Source: a virus (taxonomy: Duplodnaviria; Heunggongvirae; Uroviricota; Caudoviricetes). Taken from it: a DNA stretch of 64,000 nt. The DNA lies in the IMG/VR virus record IMGVR_UViG_3300038968_000013, positions 49,317-113,316 of that record; one strand, given 5' to 3'. A model generated the notes under the pieces. The model saw nothing but the letters and a program-made list of their open reading frames with translations. It had not been told where the DNA came from and ran no database searches. Every line of letters begins with the position of its first letter. Within the stretch, counting starts at the first letter, position 1. Below are positions 40,548 through 49,266 of the stretch, in pieces. The translations under genes and the position numbers were made by a program.

Positions 40548-40599
40548 AGCCTATCTCTCATTGGTGCGGTGGTTTCGCTACCAGAGAGATAGGCTTTTT
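40548..40599. terminator. bidirectional rho-independent terminator (long composite hairpin)
   Basis: AAAAGCCTATCTCTC ... GAGAGATAGGCTTTTT. The stem is 12 bp and encloses a structured 24-nt loop. It is flanked by an A-run and a T-run. Confidence 0.6.
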
Positions 40600-40798
40600 G
40601 CGTATTGGTACAGAAATAACGTACTACACGATGTGCGATCGATGCTACGCGGTATTCGCGTTGTCCTTGCTGTAGCACTCGTAGCAGCGCACCGGGTACC
40701 CACACCAACGGTGTGTCAGTGTTCCACACCGACAGCATCGTTTACGGCGGTACCCATAGCGACAGTCTTCGCAGGTTGCTGGATTGTGTTTCATAGAG

Positions 40799-40872
40799 CG
40801 GAACCGAGGGGGATCGAACCCCTAACCTTTCCCGTGACAGGGGAGCGTTCTAGCCAATTGAACTACGGCTCC
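40799..40872 (-). tRNA. tRNA-Asp (GTC)
   Basis: Manual fold. Acceptor GGAGCCG/CGGTTCC, D-arm GTTC..GAAC, anticodon loop CTGTCAC and T-arm AGGGG TTCGATC CCCCT. Confidence 0.6.
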
Positions 40873-40877
40873 GTGAG

Positions 40878-40951
40878 AGTCGATACCCGGATTCGAACCG
40901 GGACCGCTAGTTTGGAAGACTAGCATGCTAACCGTTGAACACTACATCGAC
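40878..40951 (-). tRNA. tRNA-Gly (TCC), probable
   Basis: Manual fold. Acceptor GTCGATG/TATCGAC, anticodon stem CTAGT/ACTAG with loop CTTCCAA, and T-arm CCCGG TTCGAAT CCGGG. The D-stem is weak, and the 5' end overlaps the ORF 40928..41182. Confidence 0.45.
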
Positions 40952-41182
40952 ATTGATATGACCGCCATCTGCGGTGGTATAGGGGGCGCAGGTTCTGATG
41001 TGGAACCCCTCGACCGTCTTGCCACTTCCCTCATGTATTGTACGGAAGTACTTCTGAGCCGCTTGGCAAGCACTGAGGACGTCTAGCGCCACTACCCTTA
41101 CGATTCGATTAACCGTCGAAGGCATACGACTGTCCGTAACCCTTGCCTCACACTCCACCACGTATACCTTCATTGTCATCAC
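40928..41182 (-). CDS. hypothetical protein (doubtful 3' end)
   Basis: 84-aa ORF. Its last 24 nt overlap the predicted tRNA-Gly. Confidence 0.25.
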   Translation of the reverse strand: MMTMKVYVVECEARVTDSRMPSTVNRIVRVVALDVLSACQAAQKYFRTIHEGSGKTVEGFHIRTCAPYTTADGGHINVDVVFNG

Positions 41183-41397
41183 TCAATCAACCCCGCTGCC
41201 TTACACCGCGCCTCGAATTCCCGCGACAAAATGCGGCATCCCTCCAGCTGTCGCTTCACGAACTCCCTATCCTCGATCAACCTAGCCGTTGGACATGGGC
41301 TGAGATTCGCACACCCACGGCAGAACTTCGGATTGGATGGCATCGCCTGATGGTACCCCCTGAGTACCTTCAACTCCTCGTCCGTGATCAAATCCAT
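41179..41397 (-). CDS. hypothetical Cys-containing small protein
   Basis: 72-aa ORF downstream of the minus-strand promoter at 41517..41546. Confidence 0.35.
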   Translation of the reverse strand: MDLITDEELKVLRGYHQAMPSNPKFCRGCANLSPCPTARLIEDREFVKRQLEGCRILSREFEARCKAAGLIE

Positions 41398-41516
41398 CCA
41401 CCCCTCTTCTGCAGGCTAGCTCGCTTGACATGGATTTGGGCAACCATGTCGTATTCAGGATTCGCTTCTGAGCTATCTGCCTCGTCGCCCGAAGTACAAG
41501 CGAATCGGCAAAAGGC

Positions 41517-41546
41517 ATTATACGCACACCCTCAAGAAGGCGTCAA
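41517..41546 (-). promoter_or_regulatory. sigma70-like promoter TTGACG-N18-TATAAT (minus strand)
   Basis: Reverse complement of 41517..41546 reads TTGACGccttcttgagggtgtgcgTATAAT. Confidence 0.55.
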
Positions 41547-41614
41547 GGTGTTTTTTAGCAGCAATTCCGCGTATTTAGGCCCAACCTCGCGGAATCGTTG
41601 AGGAAAATCGATTT

Positions 41615-41626
41615 TTCCCTAGGGAA
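41615..41626. promoter_or_regulatory. perfect 12-bp palindrome TTCCCTAGGGAA (candidate operator, copy 1)
   Basis: Exact palindrome followed by TCAAC. An identical copy lies 105 bp away. Confidence 0.45.
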
Positions 41627-41719
41627 TCAACGTGAGGGGCGCATCCCAAGAAGACGTGAGAAAAAACTCACCCCTTTTCCCTATATGACCGGGAAAAGTT
41701 CCCTATGCCTGCGTAAGTA

Positions 41720-41731
41720 TTCCCTAGGGAA
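41720..41731. promoter_or_regulatory. perfect 12-bp palindrome TTCCCTAGGGAA (candidate operator, copy 2)
   Basis: Identical to copy 1 and also followed by TCAAC. A CTTTTCCC/GGGAAAAG inverted repeat lies between the two copies. Confidence 0.45.
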
Positions 41732-41938
41732 TCAACAGGTCTGTTTTGTGGTCCCGTGCTTTAGGGCTTTGTTCATGGCGCGTTCAGACTCTCGAATCAA
41801 GGCACCCACAGCCTTGCCTATACGTTCGCGCTGAGCGTAGGTGAACGGATCGTTCGTCTCTACGCTGGCGAGTAGGAGCACGAGGCTCTGTACGTGAGTC
41901 TCGACCTTTTCTAGGTAGTCTCTGACGGTACGTGCCAT
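41732..41938 (-). CDS. hypothetical protein
   Basis: 68-aa ORF. Confidence 0.3.
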   Translation of the reverse strand: MARTVRDYLEKVETHVQSLVLLLASVETNDPFTYAQRERIGKAVGALIRESERAMNKALKHGTTKQTC

Positions 41939-42150
41939 AGCGTTACCGGATGCTTCGGGAAGAGGACGAACGACTGCAGCGGGAACTGTAGCTCAGTATC
42001 CCAAGCGACGGGCGTACCATTGACCACCACAGCCTTATTGTTGAACCATCGGCGTAGTTCGGACCCAGAAGCCTCGCCACGTTTCGCGCCCTCACGAGTT
42101 TGAAAGTGACAGACCTCATGCAGTTCCTTTAAGAAGTCGAGCGCCCTCAT
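41911..42150 (-). CDS. hypothetical protein
   Basis: 79-aa ORF. Confidence 0.3.
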   Translation of the reverse strand: MRALDFLKELHEVCHFQTREGAKRGEASGSELRRWFNNKAVVVNGTPVAWDTELQFPLQSFVLFPKHPVTLWHVPSETT

Positions 42151-42223
42151 TCCTCGAATGTACCATAAAAGCTAGCTGGGTACAATAGGTGGAGAAGGTT
42201 ACTTGTATGCCGGGTTCCCGGTT

Positions 42224-42502
42224 TTACTGCCAGACCGGCTTCGACATGTCGAGGATCTGTCCGAACTGATTGCGACAGTCTGCCAGACATGCCGGGGCCT
42301 TCTCGTGTTTGAACCGGATGATCTTCGCGACCCGTGCCGCCTGTGCCGCCAGCGCCACGCTGTTGGCGCGAGAGCAGAGATCCACCAGATACCGACATTC
42401 CGCTTCCTCGTTCGGAAGCGTCGCCGCCACCGTCTCTGGGTCTGCCTGTGCCGTTGCTGCCGTGAAGAGCACCATTGCTGCCGCGAGTATGATCTGCCTC
42501 AT
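42224..42502 (-). CDS. secreted 92-aa four-Cys protein (paralog A)
   Basis: Signal peptide MRQIILAAAMVLFTAATAQA. Near-identical to 45127..45405. Confidence 0.5.
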   Translation of the reverse strand: MRQIILAAAMVLFTAATAQADPETVAATLPNEEAECRYLVDLCSRANSVALAAQAARVAKIIRFKHEKAPACLADCRNQFGQILDMSKPVWQ

Positions 42503-42630
42503 GATGGTTCCTCCCTTTCGTGCGTCTTACTTCATTCCGAAGTACTGCTTCAACCGCTCCGGAAGCAGAATGATTGAATACCCGATGTAGAGCACTAAGC
42601 CAAGAGCAAACCAGCGAGCCTTGCGGACCA

Positions 42631-42867
42631 TCACACTCCCCACTCGTACCCGTCGTGAGAGTGCGCGGCTAATGCCTGGTACATGTTGTCGAAAAACTTC
42701 TTCCACGCAATGCGCCTACCCTCCGTAAGACCTATCGTGTCTATGGTCTCACGTACCCGTTCTTCGCTAAACAGATGTAGCAAGTGCCCTAGTTCCTTCT
42801 CGGACTGCACCGTGATGCTGATAGTGATGTCCTGAAAGGGGGTTTCAGGTGCGCGACGGAACTTCAT
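42631..42867 (-). CDS. hypothetical protein
   Basis: Likely start MKFRRAPETPF within the track ORF 42631..42942. Confidence 0.3.
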   Translation of the reverse strand: MKFRRAPETPFQDITISITVQSEKELGHLLHLFSEERVRETIDTIGLTEGRRIAWKKFFDNMYQALAAHSHDGYEWGV

Positions 42868-43223
42868 ACCAACACCCACGCCAGGAAGAAGTAGGTCAGC
42901 GCATGAAGGTACTGATCGAACCCCAGCAAGATCCAGAACCACTCGCTATTGTTCGGCAGTAAGCCGTAATGCGCACCAACGTTCATCTTGGCCCAATCGA
43001 TGTGGTAGTGAGCTACCCCGTCGACCACCATCGACAACATAGCGAGCGTCACGCTATCGCAGCACGAGAGCACAACCCAGAACGTTGCCAGCGCATGCAG
43101 CCCCGCGTGGAGAATTCCGCCAGGGTGACCGTACGTACCCTTATTGGTGTACATGTACGGATGCGCCTGCATCGGAAAGTCCACGATGAAATGCTTCGTG
43201 AATAGCCAGAAGAGTAGCGTCAT
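42864..43223 (-). CDS. polytopic membrane protein, His-rich
   Basis: 119 aa with 3-4 hydrophobic helices. Confidence 0.4.
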   Translation of the reverse strand: MTLLFWLFTKHFIVDFPMQAHPYMYTNKGTYGHPGGILHAGLHALATFWVVLSCCDSVTLAMLSMVVDGVAHYHIDWAKMNVGAHYGLLPNNSEWFWILLGFDQYLHALTYFFLAWVLV

Positions 43224-43954
43224 TAGCCCTCCATCCCCATGTCATACCCCGGATGATCCGGAATCAGGCTACCGAGATATGCTCGGTCCTGCGTGAAAAC
43301 CGGAGGACACCCATTTGTTCCCCAACCATGCGACAGGCACTCGCGCCAATACTGCTGCACACGACCGCGACGAAAGCCTTCCGGATGATTGTTCCAGTTG
43401 TCACCCTTCGCGTGAATCATGTCGTGTAGGTCGGGCGACTTCTTCCCGTGCAGTTCCTTGTGCGAGTAGTAGTGCTGCGCCAGCATCTGCAGGGAATTGC
43501 GTTCCGCATCCTGCTGCCGCCAGATGAAGTAGTTCATGACCTCGGTGCGATCTGGGATCACGAACACGCGCGCATCGAAGACAGCCGCCATGTCGACGCC
43601 CCAGCACCGGTTGAACGCGACCGATGCCGTTGCCGCCGCGATCGAGCACATTTTCTGCAGGTTGCCGTCGAACCACGCGTCGGTCTGAATCGAGTCGAAG
43701 TCCGTCAGGAGTAGCGAGATTTCGTCCGACTGCGTGAAGGCGAATTGGGTACCCTGAATGCTTTTGCAGAGCGCCAACGCGGTGACGTCCATCGCGTTCA
43801 TGAAGCCCTTATCGTATGGCTTCTCCATGTGACGAGTCAGCGTGTGAAACGCTTTCCCGTCGACACGGATGACGGTGTAGGTGCGCCGAGGAAGGGAAAT
43901 GCGGTACCGATCTTCGTACTGCTCCTTCATGCGATCACCTAGCGAGTCAGGCAT
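43223..43954 (-). CDS. tRNA-His guanylyltransferase (Thg1-like protein)
   Basis: YEDRYRISLPRRTYTVIRVDGKAFH, EKPYDKGFMNAMDVTALAL and AFTQSDEISLLL align with the Thg1 family blocks (..VVRLDGRGFH.., ..KPNDERALNLMN.., ..YGYSDEYSFVF). Confidence 0.65.
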   Translation of the reverse strand: MPDSLGDRMKEQYEDRYRISLPRRTYTVIRVDGKAFHTLTRHMEKPYDKGFMNAMDVTALALCKSIQGTQFAFTQSDEISLLLTDFDSIQTDAWFDGNLQKMCSIAAATASVAFNRCWGVDMAAVFDARVFVIPDRTEVMNYFIWRQQDAERNSLQMLAQHYYSHKELHGKKSPDLHDMIHAKGDNWNNHPEGFRRGRVQQYWRECLSHGWGTNGCPPVFTQDRAYLGSLIPDHPGYDMGMEG

Positions 43955-44249
43955 CCATTACCTCTTCCGCAACGTCGAACAGGTGGAAAACCAGCGGGCT
44001 GCCATCCTCGATGAACTGCACCGTTCCGATGAACTTCGAGACGTCAGGAACGTTGCAATGAAACCAGCCGGTTCCGAGGATCTTCACGATCCGATGTACC
44101 TTCTCCGCTTCTGGATCGACCCTCGCCCAGAGCACGATATCGTTGCCCTGCGCTCCGACCGAAAGAAGCTGCGCCCCCTTCGGCATAGTGATCGCCGAAT
44201 CTTGCAGAAACGGATTCGGGACCGGAACGATGTACTTGAAAATGACCAC
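43947..44249 (-). CDS. hypothetical protein
   Basis: 100-aa ORF. Confidence 0.35.
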   Translation of the reverse strand: MVIFKYIVPVPNPFLQDSAITMPKGAQLLSVGAQGNDIVLWARVDPEAEKVHRIVKILGTGWFHCNVPDVSKFIGTVQFIEDGSPLVFHLFDVAEEVMDA

Positions 44250-44250
44250 G

Positions 44251-44571
44251 CTACTCCCTCCCCTTCGTACGCTCTCCGATGACGCCGCCTTTCTTCACGA
44301 GCATGAAGCTCATTCCGTACGGCGACGCGAACCGGATGCCGTCCTGAGGATGACCGTGCGGCGGGATGCCAAGAATGCTGCGGCGCCCACCACAGGTGAA
44401 ATCCTTCCCGACGAACTCGATGTAGTCTTCGGGAAGACCACCAACCTCGGCGGGATCGGCCCACCGAATGTCGACCAGCTCAGTCTCCGCGAGCGCAGGA
44501 GAATCGCAATCCTCCTCGATCAGCCAGCCACCGATCCAGTCTGCTTTCTTGTCGATCAGATCCTGCCACAT
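44251..44571 (-). CDS. hypothetical protein
   Basis: Likely start MWQDLIDKK within the track ORF 44251..44733. Confidence 0.3.
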   Translation of the reverse strand: MWQDLIDKKADWIGGWLIEEDCDSPALAETELVDIRWADPAEVGGLPEDYIEFVGKDFTCGGRRSILGIPPHGHPQDGIRFASPYGMSFMLVKKGGVIGERTKGRE

Positions 44572-44602
44572 CAGTGCATCCTCCCTGATTCTTTCCTGAG
44601 TG

Positions 44603-44935
44603 TCAAGCCTTGAAGCAGTCGGGCACCGGAACGTCCGTCTCGTTCCCGTCGTCGTCCGGAGGGCCCACGAGAAACACGTCGCCCGCCAGGTAATCGCCAG
44701 GACGGAGATTGCGTCCCGCCATCTGCGTCGCACGGCGGTTGAGCGGCAACCCTTCCAGCTTTCCCTCTTCGTTACAGAAGAGAGAAACCTCGTGCCGAGT
44801 CCCCGCGAGGTTGAGCGTCATGGGAACCAGCTCGATGTAGCCACCGACCACCTTCTGCATAGCGTCGAGACCGTTCAGCTCTTCGAACCGCACCGGCTGG
44901 GTTTCGTCTGCCGGGATGATCATTGCCTTTGCCAT
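44603..44935 (-). CDS. DUF3846-like protein
   Basis: MAKAMIIPADETQPVRFEELNGLDAMQKVVGGYIE resembles the DUF3846 N-terminus common in phages and plasmids. Confidence 0.35.
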   Translation of the reverse strand: MAKAMIIPADETQPVRFEELNGLDAMQKVVGGYIELVPMTLNLAGTRHEVSLFCNEEGKLEGLPLNRRATQMAGRNLRPGDYLAGDVFLVGPPDDDGNETDVPVPDCFKA

Positions 44936-45126
44936 CGCGTCACACCTCCTTAGTGAATGACTGATGCTTTACTAGCGGTACCAGGGCTTCGTGTCAAGCC
45001 CCTTGATCAATCCGTAGAATCCGCCATCGCCACCGGCCCAACGGAAGATATGTCCCGTGCGTGTGTCGAGCGTATCTCCGCTGTTGAAGTACACCTTCGT
45101 GCCGATGATCATGTAGATGCCGAGGT

Positions 45127-45405
45127 TCACTTCCAGACCGGGGCGTTCATGTCGAGGATCTGGCCGAAGTTATTCCTGCAGTCGGCCAGGCACGCGGGAG
45201 CCTTCTCGTGCTTAAATCGAATAACCTTCGCGACTCGTGCCGCCTGTGCCGCGAGCGCCACCGAATTCGCGCGAGAGCACAGGTCCACCAGAAACTTGCA
45301 CTCTGCTTCCTCGTTCGGAAGTACCGCAGCTACCGTTTCGGGATCTGCATGCGCCTTCGATGCCAAACTGATGGCGAGAGCTACCGCCAGAATGATCTTT
45401 TTCAT
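45127..45405 (-). CDS. secreted 92-aa four-Cys protein (paralog B)
   Basis: Start MKKIILAVALAISLASKAHA inside the track ORF 45127..45621. The mature parts are ~90% identical to paralog A. Confidence 0.5.
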   Translation of the reverse strand: MKKIILAVALAISLASKAHADPETVAAVLPNEEAECKFLVDLCSRANSVALAAQAARVAKVIRFKHEKAPACLADCRNNFGQILDMNAPVWK

Positions 45406-45788
45406 CGCGTCTCCAATTCTTGTGTGATTTTGTTGATCCACTCTTGAAGGGAACGTCCCTCGTGATCTACCGGTTCCTCTGGTGCTTCCCCTGCTGCCAC
45501 TAACTGCTGACTGTACCATGTAAGGTACACTTGCTGAGACTGCAACTGCTCGCGAAGGATGATCAGGGAGCGCCCGTCGATCTTCTGGAGCCCGTACTTC
45601 GTGATCCAGCAGACCGGGCACTTACAAGAGAGCTTCTGAAAGACTTCTTCAGGCTTTCGCATTCCACAGACCTCGACCGCCCACTGTGCCGCATTGCAGA
45701 CGCGGTACACTTCGTCCTGGATAGGACCGTGAGCTGCAGCTGCGGACACGTACATGATGTCGTCGAGAACGGGCCAGCCTTCACTCAT
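45402..45788 (-). CDS. hypothetical Cys-rich protein
   Basis: Likely start MSEGWPVLDD. Stop and start overlap (ATGA) with paralog B. Confidence 0.35.
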   Translation of the reverse strand: MSEGWPVLDDIMYVSAAAAHGPIQDEVYRVCNAAQWAVEVCGMRKPEEVFQKLSCKCPVCWITKYGLQKIDGRSLIILREQLQSQQVYLTWYSQQLVAAGEAPEEPVDHEGRSLQEWINKITQELETR

Positions 45789-45982
45789 CGCTGCGCCTCG
45801 ATTGCGCCCAGCACTGCACGACACGCGGCTTCCAATTGCTCTCGTGCTGTTGCGTCCATTTCCGACAGCACCCGATCGGCCTGGGTATGGCCATCGGTAC
45901 GCATGAAGGCGATCAGAACGTCCTCGAAATCACGCCCGACTGCATGAATCCTGCTGACGATACCAAGAACCCCTCGCGGCAT
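45785..45982 (-). CDS. hypothetical protein
   Basis: 65-aa ORF. Confidence 0.25.
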   Translation of the reverse strand: MPRGVLGIVSRIHAVGRDFEDVLIAFMRTDGHTQADRVLSEMDATAREQLEAACRAVLGAIEAQR

Positions 45983-46185
45983 AACCCTTACCTCCCTTTA
46001 TTGTACGTTTAGGCTAGAGCGTTTACGGGGAGCCTTGCGCGACACAATGGAGACACGCGACCACTCACTCCCACTCCGATGTTGACATACGAAGTTGGCA
46101 GCTGCCGAGACCGAACGAAACGGACCTACTCGGCTAAACTGCGCTGCCTTTGAAACGACGAACCACTGTCTGTCGAATGTCATTG

Positions 46186-46431
46186 TCAGATAACCCGAAG
46201 GTGTTCGCAGAAAACGTACAGATTGTGCTTCACTGACGGGTGGTCCATCTTCACCGTTGCGCATTTCCCGTCGAGAGCAATCACGGTACCGTACTTCGCG
46301 CCGCGCATCCACAGGTCGCAAGCCGGATGCAACTCGATTCGATTCCCTACAGTAACCGTCTTTCCTTGGTAGTCCGTCATAGTCACCCCTCCAGTGCCCA
46401 AATCCATATCGACCTTCTCGGATTCTGTCAA
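46186..46431 (-). CDS. hypothetical protein
   Basis: 81-aa ORF, the last minus-strand gene before the repeat region. Confidence 0.3.
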   Translation of the reverse strand: MTESEKVDMDLGTGGVTMTDYQGKTVTVGNRIELHPACDLWMRGAKYGTVIALDGKCATVKMDHPSVKHNLYVFCEHLRVI

Positions 46432-46439
46432 GCTTTTTC

Positions 46440-47980
46440 TGGATGGATTTCTGATGATTCGTTATTTGTTCAACTTGGTAGCTAACTTAGGCGACTTGCC
46501 AGAGACGCTACTTTGGGCTGGATCAATTTGAAACTGGGTGGGTTATACATATGCGGGACTTTGGGGAGGAGCTATTCAGGGAAACGTGAAATATTATAGC
46601 GCGGGGGTACACTACAGAATAAGCTAACTCATTGATCCGACTGGGAAAACCAAATTGCCCAATGTTTTCGCGGGGTTAGGGGCTGGACAAGATCCGTGCC
46701 AGCCGATTGGCACGGGACTTGCTAGCGATCGTTGGCATGCGGATTATCCCTGCTAGATCGCGGGGTTACGCGCTTCCCCAAAACATGAGGGGTATCGCGG
46801 ACTTAGGGCACCTAATGAAATCAGGTACTTAGCGCCAATGTCCGATAATGTTCTATTATGTCAACTCGCCACTCCAATTAAATCAGGTACTTAGTTAGGC
46901 TCGCCGAATATTATTAGGTCGCGGGGCCGTTACGCCTAACGCGCTTTTCGGCCAGGTGTGGCATAATCCTTGCTAGAACCGACGCGTAAGGCGTTGGCAT
47001 GATTCTTGCAGGGTCGGGGATCGCTAGGGTGGCCCCCCCCTGTATCATTTCGTTACACCCTGTCTCATTTTAACACATATCGACCCATCCCTTAGTGCGT
47101 CATTATGTCGCACCTACCTTAGGCGAAAGTCGCTTCCTTAACAATTCCGGGCACTTACCCGAGCTGGCACGATTCTCGCGTATCTGATTCTTCTTTACTT
47201 TCGCGCACTTAGGTCTGGTATGGTACTAGTGACATAGGCGAAAGTAGGGCAGATTTTGACGGCGTGCGTCATTTTTCGCTAAACTTTCGCTTTTCTGGAC
47301 CATGCGCTAATCGAGCGGAAACCGGCATAGGCAACGCGTCAAGGTCGGTTGATACATTGGCATGGTCTCAGGGTTGCGCGTGTCCTAGGGCAATTGTGGA
47401 CGTTCTAGACCTACGTTCCGAATGACATAGGTTGTTTCGGTTGCTATCTATTAAGGGCGGTTCCCGGTTCGCCCGGTTGGTTCCCGTTCCCGTGGCCTCG
47501 GCGCGGTTGGCCACGGTTCCCGGTTCGCTCATGGTTCCCGGTTGAATTGGCCACGGGTCGCGGTTGGTTTTCTGGGCTAGACGCGCGCCCGCTAGCGTCT
47601 AATCGGGCGCGAATTTTCCCGGTTGGTAGCGGATTATGCGCTAAGTACCCGGAAACATTAGAAAAGAAAAATTACGATTGACGCATTTTTTTTGTTGACA
47701 ACCGCTTGCGGTTTCCTTAGGATCGGTTCCGTTGATAGCGCAACCCCGCATGACGGCGGTTCGCGGATTCCGTAGGGTGCAAGGTTGTTCGCCGTTTCGC
47801 ACGCGGTTCAACGGAACGTGCGTTAAGGTTCGCGGCGCGCTAATCCGTAGGCTTTGACGTCGGAACGTTGCCCGGTTCCGATACCATGCCACATAGGGCG
47901 GAAACATTGGGAACGCGGTTGACCCTCACTGCTAAACCGCGCGGAATTAACCGCGCCGTTTACCTAGGAGGGTTTCACCA
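46440..47980. repeat. 1.5-kb repeat-dense non-coding region (candidate origin / partition / control region)
   Basis: No credible ORF. Direct repeats TTGGCA(C/T)G..TGCTAG x4 (46700-47030), AAATCAGGTACTTAG x2 (46815, 46882), TAGGCGAAAGT x2, and CGGTTCC/GGTTCCCGGTT x>8 (47460-47900). Palindrome CCGTGCCAGCCGATTGGCACGG (46693-46716). Also contains a C8 tract (47035-42) and T8 tracts. Confidence 0.6.
47695..47723 (+). promoter_or_regulatory. sigma70-like promoter TTGACA-N17-TAGGAT preceded by an A/T-rich UP-like tract
   Basis: TTGACA at 47695-700, 17-nt spacer, TAGGAT at 47718-23. It points into the plus-strand module. Confidence 0.45.
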
Positions 47981-48153
47981 TGGCAAAGGTTGTCGGCAAG
48001 GTTGTTTTGCGTAACGGTAAGGTTGCAACGCACGGCGGTTGCGCGTTGCTGCGTCGTTCCCTTTCCGGTCTCACGGTTCGTGTCATGACGTCGCCGAACA
48101 TTCGGCGCGAAACCGTCATGGCGCACGCGTTGCGGTTGGCGGTTGCCCGGTAG
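47980..48153 (+). CDS. small hypothetical protein (57 aa)
   Basis: AGGAGG RBS 8 nt before the ATG at 47980. Translates MAKVVGKVVLRNGKVATHGGC... and is below the track's length cut-off. Confidence 0.3.
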   Translation: MAKVVGKVVLRNGKVATHGGCALLRRSLSGLTVRVMTSPNIRRETVMAHALRLAVAR

Positions 48154-48264
48154 GTAGCAAGTAGGACGCTCGCGCGGTTCGGAGCGTCTTACATGATATC
48201 AACCGGTCAAGGTTGGTTTCCCGTGTCGCATGGTGCGGCATAGTATCTAGGAAAGGTTCGAACA

Positions 48265-49188
48265 ATGGCGCACGAATTGGAAATGAACAACGGCGAAGCT
48301 TCCATGATCTATTCTGGCGAGCTTCCGTGGCATGGTCTCGGTTTTCGGATTCCGCGAAACGTTCCGTGGGAAATTGGTTTCGTGAAATGCGGCGCCGATT
48401 TTCATGTTCAGCGTGCGAAGCTTCAAACGGAAACCGGTTCGCACGTTCCGGGTCATTTCGCGTTGCAACGCACGGATACCGGGCGCGTGCTTTCCGTGGT
48501 CTCGGATCGGTATTCGGTGATTCAAAACGTGGACGCGTTCCGGTTGTTCGGCGAAGCATTCGGAAGCGCGGCGGTTTTGCATACTGCCGGGGTTTTGCGG
48601 CATGGCGCGGAAGTTTGGGGGTTGGCGGAATTGCCGCCCATGGCCATCGTCTCGCGCGAGATTCATCGTCGTTTTTTGCTGGTCACTACTGGCCACGGTT
48701 CGCGCAAAGCGTTGAAAGTGATTCCGACCGCAACGCGCGTCGTTTGCGCGAATACTCTCGCGGTTGCGCTCGGCGGTTCCACGGATGGAATTACCATCCG
48801 GCATTCCGGCGACGTCAACGCGAAGCTTGCCGCCGCTGGCGAAGCGTTGAACGCGGCATATGCCGAATTCAACGCCTATGCCGAAACGGCGGAACGGTTG
48901 GCAAATAAGACGTTGACCAATGGCGAGCGAACCGAATTGCTCGAAACGGTTTTCGGCGACAATTCGGAAGCGATCGACCGTTGCAAATTCCTTGCGGTTC
49001 ACGGCAAGGGTCAACGCGGTTCTGATATCGTCGGGAGCGCATACGCGTTGCTGGCGGGAATCACGGATTACGTAGACCACGAAACCCGTGCGGCGCGTTC
49101 CCGGAACGTCAACCGTCGTTTCGCGGTTGCGACGCTTGGCGCGGGCGCGCGCGTCAAGTCAAAAGCGTTGCAATTGCTCGCGGCGTAG
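48265..49188 (+). CDS. DUF932-like phage/plasmid protein
   Basis: 307 aa. N-terminal MAHELEMNNGEASMIYSGELPWHGLG is typical of the DUF932 family found in ICEs and phages. Confidence 0.5.
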   Translation: MAHELEMNNGEASMIYSGELPWHGLGFRIPRNVPWEIGFVKCGADFHVQRAKLQTETGSHVPGHFALQRTDTGRVLSVVSDRYSVIQNVDAFRLFGEAFGSAAVLHTAGVLRHGAEVWGLAELPPMAIVSREIHRRFLLVTTGHGSRKALKVIPTATRVVCANTLAVALGGSTDGITIRHSGDVNAKLAAAGEALNAAYAEFNAYAETAERLANKTLTNGERTELLETVFGDNSEAIDRCKFLAVHGKGQRGSDIVGSAYALLAGITDYVDHETRAARSRNVNRRFAVATLGAGARVKSKALQLLAA

Positions 49189-49191
49189 TTT

Positions 49192-49266
49192 GAACGCTAG
49201 ACGCGTGCGCTCGCATAGGCGCGCGTCTAGACGTTTGCACTAACGCGAACGGGAAAGGTTTAGACG
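49192..49266 (+). repeat. conserved intergenic cassette, copy b (GC-rich imperfect palindrome + GTTTGC-ACTAAC-GCGAAC hairpin + GGGAAAGG RBS)
   Basis: Shares about 60 bp with copies c and d. It ends 6 nt before the ATG at 49267. Confidence 0.6.

Noticed and set aside
40561-40923. 120-aa plus-strand ORF
   Set aside because: It runs straight through tRNA-Asp and tRNA-Gly on the opposite strand. Its composition is not protein-like.
46440-47980. Possible CRISPR array in the repeat-dense region
   Set aside because: The repeats are short, of several unrelated families and irregularly spaced. There is no constant repeat-spacer periodicity and no cas genes.
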